A DNA stretch of 64,000 nucleotides from an uncultured Acidobacteriota bacterium (GCA_963770895.1 CAVYRF010000002.1:2560001-2624000); one strand, 5' to 3'; positions 40,275 to 50,197 are shown, counted from the stretch's first letter. The notes: generated by a model from the sequence alone, not told the origin. A program made the numbers and translations.

Positions 40275-41645
40275 TCAGTGAGCCGCCCCCGCCGCCGGCA
40301 GGACCGTGACGTCCACCCGCCGGTTGCCGCCGCGGCCGGCGCCGCTCTGGTTGGTCGCCACCGGTTCGTCGGCGCCGTGCCCTTCGACACGGATGGCGCT
40401 CGCGGGCACCCCCTGCTCCTCCAGGTAGTGCGCGACGGCGTTGGCGCGCGCCAGCGACATGGCCTGGTTGGCGGCCTTGCTGCCATGGGCGTCGGCATGC
40501 CCCACGACCAGCAGGTGGGCGCCGGCGCTCGCCTTGACGTCGCCGGCGAGGCCGTCGAGCGCCGCCCTGGCGCTGGCGGTCAGGGTCGTGGCGCGCGGGA
40601 AGAGCACCCGCACCGTGCGCGGCGCCGCCGGCCCGGTGCCGGCCGCGGCCTTCCCCTGCGCCGCGGCGCCGCCGCCGGCCGCCGCCGGTGACGGCGCCGT
40701 CGCCGCCCCCTCCGGAGCCAGGGTGGTCGCCACGTCCGGCGCCACGAAGTCGTTCCTGGCGACCATCGCCCGGCCCTCGCCGGAGAGGATGAACGCCAGC
40801 AGGTCGCGCGCCGCGCCGTGCGGTTCGCCGCGGCTGTACATCAGCAGCGGCCGGTAGATCGGGTAGGTGCCGGTGCGCACCGTTTCGACGCTGGCGTGCA
40901 CCGCCGGCTGGCCGGCGCGGGGCGCCACGCCGAGCGCCTTGACTTCGGACGTCACCCAGCCGATGCCGACGTAGGAGACGGCGCCGCGCTCGGCCGCCAC
41001 GCGCTTGACCAGGGCGCCGTTTTCTTCGATGACCTCGGCGCCGGCGACGTAGTCTTCGCTGCCCTTGTCGTTGCCGCGGCGCACCACCTTGTCGCGGAAG
41101 AACGACGAGGTGCCCGAGTAGCTCGGCCGGGTGAGGACGTGCACGGCCAGGTCGGGGCCGCCCACCTCGCTCCAGTTGCGGATCTTGCCGGTGAACAGGT
41201 CGGACAGCTGCGCCACGGTGAGCTCCGTCAACGGGTTGTCAGGTCCGACGATCACCGCGATGCCGTCGTAGCCGATGACGAACTCGCGCAGCTCGACGCC
41301 GCGCTGGCGCGCTTCGGCGATCTCGCTCTGCTTGACCGCGCGCGACGAGGCGCCGAGATCCGCCGAACCGTCCAGCAGGCCGACGAAAGCGGTGCCCGAG
41401 CCGAGCGCTTCCCACTTGATGGTGACGCCAGGATGGTGCTCCATGAACGCGCGCGCCAGCTCCTGGCCGAGCTTGCCGCCGATGGTGTCGGAGCCCTTCA
41501 CCTGAATCGCGTTGCCAGCGCCGGTCGGGGCCGCGGTGGCCGCGGCGGCGCTGGGCTGCCCGATCGCCGTGATGGCGACGGCGACGGCGACGCCGACGGC
41601 GGAGACGAGGCGCGGCGGACAGACAAATCCCTTGTGCGAGCGCAC
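40275..41645 (-). CDS. PstS-like substrate-binding domain fused to an OmpA-like peptidoglycan-binding domain
   Basis: AAGGAGG then GTG 41645; signal peptide; KGSDT, GSGT, ASSR, YDGIAV, SGT, YPIYRPL; C-terminal VGHADAHG..NQAMSLARA..GHGADEPV..NRRV. Confidence 0.85.
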   Translation of the reverse strand: MRSHKGFVCPPRLVSAVGVAVAVAITAIGQPSAAAATAAPTGAGNAIQVKGSDTIGGKLGQELARAFMEHHPGVTIKWEALGSGTAFVGLLDGSADLGASSRAVKQSEIAEARQRGVELREFVIGYDGIAVIVGPDNPLTELTVAQLSDLFTGKIRNWSEVGGPDLAVHVLTRPSYSGTSSFFRDKVVRRGNDKGSEDYVAGAEVIEENGALVKRVAAERGAVSYVGIGWVTSEVKALGVAPRAGQPAVHASVETVRTGTYPIYRPLLMYSRGEPHGAARDLLAFILSGEGRAMVARNDFVAPDVATTLAPEGAATAPSPAAAGGGAAAQGKAAAGTGPAAPRTVRVLFPRATTLTASARAALDGLAGDVKASAGAHLLVVGHADAHGSKAANQAMSLARANAVAHYLEEQGVPASAIRVEGHGADEPVATNQSGAGRGGNRRVDVTVLPAAGAAH

Positions 41646-41694
41646 GATGACATCCCTCCTTGACAAGGACAGAGCCGCCGGCCTGCCGGGCAAC

Positions 41695-42525
41695 TTACCG
41701 GAAGGTGACGGACCAGTTGATCCAGACCGGCACCGGCTTGCCGGCGAGACGGCCGGGTGTGAACCGATACTTGCGCGCCGCGTCCAGGGCGGCATCCTCG
41801 AAGGCTGCCAGGTCCATGCGCGAGCGATAGATCTTGGCGTCCGTCACCCGCCCTTCGGCATCCAGCAGCAGGCGGCAGACGACGGTCGGTTTGAGCGCCG
41901 CGCCGGCATCGGGCGCCGCCGGCGGCTGGCCCGCGACCAGGGTGGGCATGGCGTCCTGCGGCCCGGTCAGCCGCGACGCCTCCACCGCCGTCGCCGCCGG
42001 GGCCGCGGCCGGGATGGCCGCCTCGCCGGCCGCGCCGCCGGGCGCCGTCGAAACTTCGTGGCGGGCGAAGGCGAGCCAGCTGATGGCGCACACCAGCACC
42101 AGCGCGGCGGCGGCGGCGGCGATCAGCCAGCTGCGCCCACCTTGGCGCGCGGCGGCCGCGGCCGTGGGCGTCGCCGCCGCCGGCACCGCGGGCGGCCGCC
42201 GGCGCGGCCGCGGCACGTCGCCCGCTTCGATGCGGGTATTGGCTTCCAGCAGCAGCTTCTGCACGTTGCCCTGCAGGTCGCGCTGGGTTGGGTGAGCGTC
42301 GTTTTCCACCTGGAAGTGTCCGGCGCGGGCGGCGATCAGCGCCACGAAGGCGTCGAAGCCCGTCAGGTCTTCGCAGGCGGCGCTGACCACCTCGCCGCCA
42401 TCCAGGTAGAGGGCGCCGTTGCCTTCGGCGGTCATCACTTTCACGCAGCAGGTGCGGCGCGCCAGACCGGCCACCTGGACCAGGTCGGCAAGCGAGAACT
42501 CTGCAAGGTCACCAGCAAGTTTCAT
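41695..42525 (-). CDS. DUF4388 (PATAN-like) domain, TM segment and TonB C-terminal-like domain
   Basis: N-terminal LAGDLAEFSLADLVQ...GALYLDGGEVVSA...GHF...LLLEA; TM WLIAAAAAALVLVCAISW; C-terminal LLDAEGRV...FEDAALDAARKYRFTPGRLAGKPV...VTF. Confidence 0.8.
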   Translation of the reverse strand: MKLAGDLAEFSLADLVQVAGLARRTCCVKVMTAEGNGALYLDGGEVVSAACEDLTGFDAFVALIAARAGHFQVENDAHPTQRDLQGNVQKLLLEANTRIEAGDVPRPRRRPPAVPAAATPTAAAAARQGGRSWLIAAAAAALVLVCAISWLAFARHEVSTAPGGAAGEAAIPAAAPAATAVEASRLTGPQDAMPTLVAGQPPAAPDAGAALKPTVVCRLLLDAEGRVTDAKIYRSRMDLAAFEDAALDAARKYRFTPGRLAGKPVPVWINWSVTFR

Positions 42526-42701
42526 GGGGTCGTCCGCCGTCTCATTGTCATTGAATGCGGTTCATGGTAGGCAGGAGGTGCGGCGCGGTCATGGCAACCG
42601 TGTAACAGGTTCGACCGGGTGGCGGGCGCGATAGAATGGCCCGCTGCCGGCGGCACCGCGGCGCCTTCCCCTATCTGCGAACACCACAGGAGATCCCTGC
42701 C

Positions 42702-43994
42702 ATGAGCCGACCTTTCCGCCACGCGCTGTGCTTCGCGCTGCTCCTCTGTGTTGCCTCAGCCGGCACCCTGCATGCGGTCGGCCAGGGGCGGGTCGTCGGC
42801 ACCGTCGTGGATACCAGCGGTGCGCCGCTCGCCGGCGTCAAGGTCGTCATCACCAGTCCCGAGATGGCCACGCTGCGGGTCGAAAAGACGACCGACGCCA
42901 AGGGCGAGTTCAACGTCATCCTGCTGGACGCGACGCGCGCATTCGCCCTCCACCTGGAAAAGACAGGCTACGCGCCGCTCGACCAGCCGCTGCAGCCGCG
43001 GGTGCAGGACACGCTGCGCTTGACCTTCACCCTGAAGACCCTGCCGCCGGCGTCCGCCGCCGCCGCCGGCGACCTGGGCGAGCCGGCGCCGGCCAGCGCC
43101 GCCGAAGCCAAGACCCGCAACGATGCCGTCGCCGCCTACAACGACGGCGTGGCGGCGCTCAAGGCAAAGGATCTGGACGGTGCCATCGCCAAGTTCGAGG
43201 CGGCCGAAAAGCTCGACCCCAAGCTGCCCGCGGCGCCGGCGGTGCTGGCGGACCTGTACCTGGAGGCCCACAAACCCACCGAGTCGTTGCAGGCCGCCGA
43301 CCGCGCTCTGGCGCTGACCCCCGGCAAGTCGCGCCTGCTGATGGACCGCTACCAGGCCTACAAGGCGCTGGGCGACAAACCGCACGCCGCCGAAGCCCTG
43401 GACGTGCTCGCCAACAGCCACCCGGCGCCGGACGTGGCGCACGACGTCGCCGTCTACCTGTACAACGACGCGGCCGACGCCTCGCGCGAGCAGAAGGCCG
43501 ACGTGGCGATCGCCAACCTGCAGCGCGCCCTGGACGTGGACAAGACCCTGGAGCCGGCCTACCAGGCCCTGGCGGAGCTCTACACGGCGCGGCAGGACCA
43601 CCGCGCCGCGCTGGGTGTTGCCGACCGCTGGGTCGCCGCGGCGCCGCAGAGCAAGGCGGCGCTGCAGCTGCGCTACCAGCTGCTCGCGGCGCAGAAGGAC
43701 CCGCGCGCCGCCGAAGCCAAGGCGGCGATGGACAGCGCCAAGGGCACCTCCTCCAACCCGCTCAACCAGGGCATCGAGCTGTACAACTCCAACCACATTC
43801 CCGAAGCCACCAAGCTGTTCGAGCAGGTCGTCGCCGCCGACGCCAACAGCGCGCGCGGCCACTACATGCTGGGTCTTTGCTACACCAGCAGCGGCGACCT
43901 GGTGCACGCCAGGGAGCAGCTGGAAACCTTTCTCAAGCTGGCGCCCGACGATCCCGAAGCCGCCTCGGCGCGGCAGATGCTCAAGGACCTGTAG
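42702..43994 (+). CDS. Exported protein with a carboxypeptidase-regulatory-like domain and TPR repeats
   Basis: Signal peptide; GRVVGTVVDTSGAPLAGV...TDAKGEF...EKTGY; TPR motifs such as GHYMLGLCY and FLKLAPDDP. Confidence 0.85.
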   Translation: MSRPFRHALCFALLLCVASAGTLHAVGQGRVVGTVVDTSGAPLAGVKVVITSPEMATLRVEKTTDAKGEFNVILLDATRAFALHLEKTGYAPLDQPLQPRVQDTLRLTFTLKTLPPASAAAAGDLGEPAPASAAEAKTRNDAVAAYNDGVAALKAKDLDGAIAKFEAAEKLDPKLPAAPAVLADLYLEAHKPTESLQAADRALALTPGKSRLLMDRYQAYKALGDKPHAAEALDVLANSHPAPDVAHDVAVYLYNDAADASREQKADVAIANLQRALDVDKTLEPAYQALAELYTARQDHRAALGVADRWVAAAPQSKAALQLRYQLLAAQKDPRAAEAKAAMDSAKGTSSNPLNQGIELYNSNHIPEATKLFEQVVAADANSARGHYMLGLCYTSSGDLVHAREQLETFLKLAPDDPEAASARQMLKDL

Positions 43995-44040
43995 CGCGCC
44001 CGCCTGAGCGGGGTGGGAGCGGGCGCGCCCGCGGCGCCGC

Positions 44041-45435
44041 TCAGGCCGAGGTGGCGGACAGCGGCAGGCGCAGCAGCGCCTGGCAGCCGGGCGGCGGACG
44101 CCGGTTGTCCAGGGTCAGGGTGCCGCCGTGGGCTTCGGCGATCTGCCGCGACAGGGCCAGGCCGATGCCGGTGCCGTTGGGCTTGGTGGTGTAGAACGGC
44201 ACGAAGAGGTTCTCGCGGCTGGCGATGCCGGGACCTTCGTCTTCCACCCGCACCTCGACGAAGGCGCCTTCCAGGCGCCAGCCGACGCCGACGCCGCCGT
44301 GGGTGAGCAGCGCGGCGTCGACGGCGTTGCGGATCAGGTTGATCATGAGCTGCTCCAGCTGGTCGGCGTCACCTTCGACCGTGATCTCCACGCCTTTTTC
44401 GACGAAGACGGGCAGCCGGTGCTCCAGCGCGGCGATGCGGCGGATGAGCGGCGCGATCTCCAGCGAAGCGAAGCGCGGCGGCGGCAGGCGCGCCAGCCGC
44501 GCATAGGCCGCCAGAAAGCGGATCAAGGCGTCGGAGCGGTCGCCGATGATCGCCAGCCCGCGCTGCATGTCTTCGCGCCAATCCTCCGGCGGCGGCTGCC
44601 GGTCGACCAGCGACAGCAGCGTCGCGGCCATCGAGCGGATCGGCGCCAGCGAGTTGTTCAGCTCGTGGCCGAGCACGCGGATCAGCCGCTTCCATGCCTG
44701 GCGCTCCTCCTCGCGCAGGGTGCGCGAGACGTCGGAGATGACCAGCAGCCGGTGGGGCAGGCCGCGCTCGCGGAAGCTGCTGCGGCGCACGTCCCAGCGG
44801 CCGGGCCCGCCGGGGAACGTGTGGTCCAGGCTGCGCCCTTCGTCCCCTTCCAGGAAGGCCGCCAGGTGCAGGGCTGCCGCCGACCGCCCCACCAGGCGTT
44901 CGCTGGGAGCCGCCAGCAGGCGCTCGCCGGCGCGATTGACCAGCTGCAGGCGATCGCGGTTGTCGAAGGCGAAGATCGCCACCTCGACCTCTTCGATGAC
45001 GCGATGCAGCAGCGCCGTCGCCTCGACGGCGCCCAGCCGCTGCTCGCGCAGAGTGCCACCGATGGCGTTCACCTCGTCGAACACCTGGTCCAGGGCGTCG
45101 AGCGGCGGCTGCGGCGCGGTGTGGGCGCGCAGCGAGAAATCGCCTTCGCGCAGCGCCGACAACAGGTTGGCGAGGGTGCGCAGCGGCCGCACCACCCGCC
45201 CCTGCAAGGTGGACGCAAGCCCCCACCAGAGCGACAGCAGCGCCAGGGTGAACGTCCAGCGGGTGGCGCCGCCGTAGGAGCTGGTCCACAGCAGCCACAG
45301 CGAGAGCAGGGCGCCCGGCAGGCCGATCGCCAGCGCCAGCAGCAGGATGCGGCCCTCGAAGGTGCGCGGTGCCAGGGTCTGGATCGCCGGCGCCGCGGCT
45401 TCCACCTCCCGCTGGCGGACAGGCTCAGAGCCCAT
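44041..45435 (-). CDS. Sensor histidine kinase (2 TM, HAMP, PAS-like, HisKA, HATPase)
   Basis: HELNNSL, INLIRNA, DEGPG, FVPFYTTK, GTGIGL. Confidence 0.92.
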   Translation of the reverse strand: MGSEPVRQREVEAAAPAIQTLAPRTFEGRILLLALAIGLPGALLSLWLLWTSSYGGATRWTFTLALLSLWWGLASTLQGRVVRPLRTLANLLSALREGDFSLRAHTAPQPPLDALDQVFDEVNAIGGTLREQRLGAVEATALLHRVIEEVEVAIFAFDNRDRLQLVNRAGERLLAAPSERLVGRSAAALHLAAFLEGDEGRSLDHTFPGGPGRWDVRRSSFRERGLPHRLLVISDVSRTLREEERQAWKRLIRVLGHELNNSLAPIRSMAATLLSLVDRQPPPEDWREDMQRGLAIIGDRSDALIRFLAAYARLARLPPPRFASLEIAPLIRRIAALEHRLPVFVEKGVEITVEGDADQLEQLMINLIRNAVDAALLTHGGVGVGWRLEGAFVEVRVEDEGPGIASRENLFVPFYTTKPNGTGIGLALSRQIAEAHGGTLTLDNRRPPPGCQALLRLPLSATSA

Positions 45436-46813
45436 ACTTCTCGATTCGGCGGTAGAGCGCGCTGCGCGACAGCCCGAGCGCCTGGGCAGCCTGGCTGACG
45501 CTGCCGTCGTAGCGGGCCAGCGCCTTTTCGATCAGCAGCTTTTCGACGGTCTCGAGCGGCATGTCCTCGATCCGCATCGGGCTGCCGGCGGCAGCGGCGT
45601 CCAGCCCGAGATCGGCGGCGCGGATGCGGTCGCCCGACGCCATCAGCACGCCGCGCTCGACCGCGTGATCCAGCTCGCGCACGTTGCCCGGCCAATCGTG
45701 GGCCAGCAGCACCTTCACCGCGTCGTCGGCGAACCCGAGGAGCAGCGGGCCGCGGCGGTAGCGGCTGACATGCTGGGCAAGGAAGTGTTGGGCGAGCGGC
45801 AGCACGTCGGCGCGGCGCGCGCGCAGCGGCGGCAGCGGGATCTCGACGGTGTTGAGGCGGAACAGCAGGTCCTGCCGGAAGCGGCCCGCCGCGACCTCCT
45901 GACGCAGGTCGGCGTTGGTTGCCGAGAGCAGCCGCACGTCGGCCGAACGGGTGCGCGACGAACCCAGGCGCTCGAACTCGCCGGCTTCCAGCACCCGTAG
46001 CAGGCGCGCCTGCTGCGCCAGCGTGATGTTGGCGATTTCGTCCAGGAACAGGGTGCCGCCCGCGGCGAGCTCGAAGCGCCCCACGCGGTCCTCCTTGGCG
46101 TCGGTGAAGGCGCCGCGGACGTGGCCGAACAGCTCGCTTTCGAAGACCGTCTCGGAGAGACCGCCGGTGTTGACCGTGACCAGCGCGTTGGCGGCCCGCG
46201 CCGACACGGTGTGCAGCGCCCTGGCCACCAACCCCTTGCCGGTGCCGTTCTCGCCGGTGATCAGGACGTTGGCTTCGGAAGGTCCCACCCGCTGGACGAT
46301 CTCGATCACCTTGCGCATTTCGGGCGATTCGGCGATCGGCAGCGCCGCCTGCACCCCGCCGGTGGCGGCGTCGCTATCGCGCAGCAGCTGATTTTCCGCC
46401 GCCAGCCGGTTGCCCCGCCGCAGCGCCCGCGCCAGCTCGATCTGAGTGCGCAGCACCGCCAGCAGGCGCTGGTTCTCCCAGGGTTTTTCGACAAAATCGC
46501 GCGCGCCGTGGCGCATCGCCGCGACCGCCAGGTCGACGGTCGCCCAGGCGGTCATCACCACCACCGGCAGGGTTTCGTCGATCTCGCGCAGGCGCGACAG
46601 CAGGTTGAGCCCTTCCTGGCCCGACGTGGTGTCGCGCGAATAGTTGAGATCGATGAGCGCCACGTCCAGCTCGCGCCCGACGGCGGTCGCCACGACCTCC
46701 GCCGCCGACGCGGCCATCACCGCCTCGAAGCCCTCGGCCTTCAGCAGCAACCCCAGCGCTTCGCGCACCTGCCGCTGATCGTCCGCCACCAGCACCCGCG
46801 GCCGCCCACTCAT
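45425..46813 (-). CDS. Sigma54-dependent response regulator (REC-AAA+-HTH Fis)
   Basis: ADD..IDLN, GENGTGK, ESELFGHVRGAFTDA, FLDEI, RQDLLFRLN, WPGNVREL, C-terminal HTH. Confidence 0.93.
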   Translation of the reverse strand: MSGRPRVLVADDQRQVREALGLLLKAEGFEAVMAASAAEVVATAVGRELDVALIDLNYSRDTTSGQEGLNLLSRLREIDETLPVVVMTAWATVDLAVAAMRHGARDFVEKPWENQRLLAVLRTQIELARALRRGNRLAAENQLLRDSDAATGGVQAALPIAESPEMRKVIEIVQRVGPSEANVLITGENGTGKGLVARALHTVSARAANALVTVNTGGLSETVFESELFGHVRGAFTDAKEDRVGRFELAAGGTLFLDEIANITLAQQARLLRVLEAGEFERLGSSRTRSADVRLLSATNADLRQEVAAGRFRQDLLFRLNTVEIPLPPLRARRADVLPLAQHFLAQHVSRYRRGPLLLGFADDAVKVLLAHDWPGNVRELDHAVERGVLMASGDRIRAADLGLDAAAAGSPMRIEDMPLETVEKLLIEKALARYDGSVSQAAQALGLSRSALYRRIEKYGL

Positions 46814-47012
46814 GTCAACACTGTACCGCGCAAACGCCTGAGTTCAATGGCGAAGCCGGAAGGTCCGCGGGCGTTCGCGCCAGACTGCGCCGAAACACTG
46901 CGACAGGGGGGATGTGTGTTGGAGAAAGGTGGGAAGAGGAGGAGTGAAGTGATGGGGAGGAGGGGAAGGTCCAGGCGCCCCCCAGACCCTCCCCCCTGGT
47001 TGAGGAAACCTT

Positions 47013-47759
47013 TTAAACCACGAAACCCCGCTCGGCCAGTTCTTTCTCTTCGACCTGGCGCTGCGGGCCCTGCTCCTCTTCGACCACGCGGCCGTCGAAG
47101 AGGTGAATCGTGCGGTCTGCGTAACGCGCGAAGCGCGGGTCATGGGTGACCATGCAGATCGTTGCGCCTTCCTTATGCAGCTCAGCGAGAAGGTCCATGA
47201 CCGCCTCGCTGTTGCGTGAATCGAGGTTGCCGGTGGGTTCGTCAGCGAGCAGGATGGAGGGCTTGCCAACCACCGCGCGCGCCACTGCGACGCGCTGCTG
47301 CTGACCGCCGGACAGCTGCGACGGGTAGTGCTTCATGCGGTGCGACATGCCGACCCGCTCCAGCGCTTCCTGCACCCGCTCCTTGCGCTCTTTGGCGGCC
47401 ATGCCGCGGTAGGTCAGCGGCAGTTCCACGTTTTCATACACCGTGAGATCGCCGATCAGGTTGAACGCCTGGAAGATGAAGCCGATCTCCTGGTTCCTGA
47501 TGCGCGCCCGGTCGGAGAACGAAAGGTCGGCCACCTGCTTCTGGTTGAGCCGATACCGGCCGTCCGACGGAGTGTCGAGCAGACCCAGGATCGAAAGCAG
47601 GGTGGTCTTGCCGCAGCCCGACGGGCCGGCGATCGAGACGTATTCGCCGTTGCGGATCTCCAGGTGGATGCCTGACAGGGCGTGCGTTTCGACCTCATCG
47701 GTCAGGAAGACCTTGGTCACCCCTTCGAGCTGGATCAAAGACTCCATGGATGCGTTCAT
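47013..47759 (-). CDS. ABC transporter ATP-binding protein (MacB/LolD-like)
   Basis: GPSGCGKT, IGFIFQAFNL, LSGGQQQRV, LADEPTGNLD, VTHD. Confidence 0.95.
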   Translation of the reverse strand: MNASMESLIQLEGVTKVFLTDEVETHALSGIHLEIRNGEYVSIAGPSGCGKTTLLSILGLLDTPSDGRYRLNQKQVADLSFSDRARIRNQEIGFIFQAFNLIGDLTVYENVELPLTYRGMAAKERKERVQEALERVGMSHRMKHYPSQLSGGQQQRVAVARAVVGKPSILLADEPTGNLDSRNSEAVMDLLAELHKEGATICMVTHDPRFARYADRTIHLFDGRVVEEEQGPQRQVEEKELAERGFVV

Positions 47760-47798
47760 TCATCGTCTCCTAAACGCGCGGCGCTGGTTGTGCCGCGG

Positions 47799-49052
47799 TC
47801 AGTTCAACCGAATCCGGTCGAATCCGTCCTGAGCCGAGGTGTCCGACAGGATCACCTGGTCACCCTGCTTGAGGCCGTTGAGAATCTCGATCGTGTTGAC
47901 GGAGCTGCGGCCCAGCATGACCGGCACGCGTGCTGCTTCCTTGCCGCCGTCGGTGAGCTTGAACATCTCTACCTTGCTCTGCGCCTGGCCGTAGGCCGGA
48001 CGGCCAACGAACAGCACGTTTTCCAGCTTTTCGATCTCGATCGTGCCGTCCACGGAGAGGTCGGTACGGGCCCCCTGCGGCAGCGGCGGGTTGAGCGAGA
48101 CGTCCACCAGCACGGTGCCATCCTGCACGGAAGGCGCGACGCGCAGCACGGCGCCGGCGATCAGGCCGTTGCGGGTGTCGATGGACGCCCTCTGCCCGAC
48201 CCGCACGTCCTTGGCCTGCGTTTCAGGAATCTTGAGCTGCGCCTTCAGCTCATCGGGCGGCGCGACGCGCGCCAGGGTGGTGCCGGCGGTGACCTGCTGG
48301 CCGACCTGCACCGGCACTTCCTGCAGCACGCCGGCGATGCCGGCCTTCACCTTGAGCGATTCGACCTGATGCTGGCGCAGCTCGTAGACCGCGGCCAGGT
48401 TGGCGACGCGCGATTCCTGCGCGTGGACCTGCGCATCGGCGGAGGCCTGTGCCTTGACGAACTTGTCCTGCTCGATGCCGACTTCCTTGTGCAGCTCTTC
48501 GGCCTTGAGCACCGACAGCTTGAGGGTGATCTCGGGGATCAGCCCGTCGGACGACAGCTTCTTGTTGGCTTCCGCCTGCAGATCGGCCTGGGCGCTGTTG
48601 GACAGCGCGCCGGTCACCACCGACTGCTGGTTGAGCAGCGAGGTCGCCAGCTGGGCGCGCAGGTTGTCGGCGTCGGCCTGTGCCGCCTTGAGCTGGGCCA
48701 GGGCTTCGGCCGCGTTCTGTTCGACTTCGGGATTGCTCATCTCCATCAGCACGGTGTCCGCGGTCACGGTGACGCCGGGCAGGTTGGGAATCCGCTCGAT
48801 GCGCGCATCTACCAGGGACGACACGAAGCGCGGGCTGATCGGCACCAGGGTGCCGGAACCGCGCACCTCGCGCAGCATTTCACCCCGCTTGACGACATCG
48901 ATCCAGACGGTCTGGCGTTCAACGGTCGGGGCAGCCGGCTTGAGGTGCGACAGACCGAGGGAGATGAGGGCGATAAAGAGCAAGCCGACGGCGCCGATGA
49001 TGATGTTGCGGCGGCGGCGTTTTTGAGCTTGTCCGGTGCGTGCGATGTCCAT
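47799..49052 (-). CDS. Periplasmic adaptor / membrane fusion protein (HlyD/MacA-like)
   Basis: N-terminal TM, VKRG...VRGSGTLVP, coiled coil, VKAGIAG..GQQV, GLKQGDQVILSD. Confidence 0.9.
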   Translation of the reverse strand: MDIARTGQAQKRRRRNIIIGAVGLLFIALISLGLSHLKPAAPTVERQTVWIDVVKRGEMLREVRGSGTLVPISPRFVSSLVDARIERIPNLPGVTVTADTVLMEMSNPEVEQNAAEALAQLKAAQADADNLRAQLATSLLNQQSVVTGALSNSAQADLQAEANKKLSSDGLIPEITLKLSVLKAEELHKEVGIEQDKFVKAQASADAQVHAQESRVANLAAVYELRQHQVESLKVKAGIAGVLQEVPVQVGQQVTAGTTLARVAPPDELKAQLKIPETQAKDVRVGQRASIDTRNGLIAGAVLRVAPSVQDGTVLVDVSLNPPLPQGARTDLSVDGTIEIEKLENVLFVGRPAYGQAQSKVEMFKLTDGGKEAARVPVMLGRSSVNTIEILNGLKQGDQVILSDTSAQDGFDRIRLN

Positions 49053-49080
49053 GGTAATTCCCCTCTCACCTACCGCATTA

Positions 49081-49096
49081 CGCATCTCGCGTGCCA
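49081..49096 (-). promoter_or_regulatory. Sigma54 -24/-12 promoter
   Basis: Minus strand TGGCACGCGAGATGCG (GG-N10-GC), about 30 nt upstream of the adaptor ATG. Confidence 0.8.
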
Positions 49097-49126
49097 CGGT
49101 TTCAGGCTTCCCCTATGATACTGCAG

Positions 49127-49211
49127 AATCAGTCGTTTAGGCTAGTTTATCGAGACCTGGAGGAGGGCTTGCGGTGTTCGTTTTCGGGAAGCCGCGTCCC
49201 AAAATCGGACG
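49127..49211. promoter_or_regulatory. IHF-like site plus tandem upstream activator sites
   Basis: AATCAGTCGTTTA (49127-49139) matches WATCARnnnnTTR. Palindrome CGTCC-N7-GGACG at 49195-49211, with a degenerate copy at about 49176-49190. Confidence 0.55.
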
Positions 49212-49238
49212 CCCTCCTGTGTTAGCTTTAACGACGAG

Positions 49239-49760
49239 ATGAGCGTCGAGGAGCACCGCGCCCACGCGGCCGCCGTTCTGGGCTTCGCGCTGATCACGGT
49301 GAGCGACACCCGCGCCCACGCCGACGACGTCAGCGGCCGGGTGCTGCGCGAAGGCGTCCAGGCCGCCGGACACACCGTGATGGCGACCGCCCTGGTGGCG
49401 GACGACGTGGCGGCGATCCGTGCCGAAGTGCGGCGGATGCTGGCGCTGCCCGGCGCCGACGTGGTGGTGCTGACCGGCGGCACCGGCTTTTCGCCGCGCG
49501 ACCTGACGGTCGAGGCGGTGGCGCCGCTGTTCGACCGCACGGTCGAAGGGTTTGGCGAGCTGTTCCGCATGCTCTCCTACCAGCAGGTGGGGGCGGCCGC
49601 CATGTTGAGCCGCGCCGCCGCCGGCCTGGTGGGCGATCGCGCCGTGTTTCTGCTGCCCGGTTCGCCGCGCGCCGCATCCCTGGCCCTGGAAGCGCTCATC
49701 CTCCCCGAAGCCGGGCACCTGCTCGGGCAGGCGCGGCGCGCTATCAAGGCAGAGGACTGA
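49239..49760 (+). CDS. moaB: MoaB/Mog-family molybdopterin adenylyltransferase
   Basis: ITVSDTR, DVSG, TGGTGFSPRD, GFGELFR, AMLSRA, LPGSP. Confidence 0.88.
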   Translation: MSVEEHRAHAAAVLGFALITVSDTRAHADDVSGRVLREGVQAAGHTVMATALVADDVAAIRAEVRRMLALPGADVVVLTGGTGFSPRDLTVEAVAPLFDRTVEGFGELFRMLSYQQVGAAAMLSRAAAGLVGDRAVFLLPGSPRAASLALEALILPEAGHLLGQARRAIKAED

Positions 49761-49830
49761 GCCCGGCACCGCGGCGCGGCGGTCGCCGGGGCGCAGGGTC
49801 GCCGGGCTGGCACGACCGCTGGCCGGGACG

Positions 49831-50082
49831 CTACCGCCCGCGCAGCAGCCGCAGGCCGACCAGCAGCACGACGGCGCCCAGGGTGGCGATCGCCAGGTTG
49901 CGCAGGTCCAGGCCGCCCAACAGCCCGCCGAAGCCCAGAAGCGTCGACAGGGCGCCGCCCAGCAGGGCGCCGGCGACGCCGACCAGGACGGTCGCGATGC
50001 AGCCCGCAGGCCGCGCTCCGGCGATCGCCCTGGCGAGCAGTCCGGCGATCAGGCCGATGACGATCCAGGCTGCAAGTGGCAT
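49831..50082 (-). CDS. GlsB/YeaQ/YmgE-family small membrane protein
   Basis: WIVIGLIAGLLARAI...GVAGALLGG...ATLGAVVLL; AAGGAG SD. Confidence 0.85.
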   Translation of the reverse strand: MPLAAWIVIGLIAGLLARAIAGARPAGCIATVLVGVAGALLGGALSTLLGFGGLLGGLDLRNLAIATLGAVVLLVGLRLLRGR

Positions 50083-50197
50083 GGTTCCAGCAGCTCCTTT
50101 CTTGCTGCGAACGCCGCCGGGGGCCGGCAGGGGCCGCGCGCAGGGCGGTATACCAAGTTAACCGGGCGGGACACTAGTCGGACTAGAATGGCGCGGC

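Noticed and set aside
42540-42610. Pho box upstream of the DUF4388/PstS-like genes
   Set aside because: GTCAT/GTAAC-like half sites are present but not at the 11-bp spacing.
46905-46996. Purine-rich tract and imperfect hairpin after the ABC ATPase gene
   Set aside because: It could be a terminator or low-complexity spacer, but there is no clean stem plus U-tract or repeat unit to support a call.
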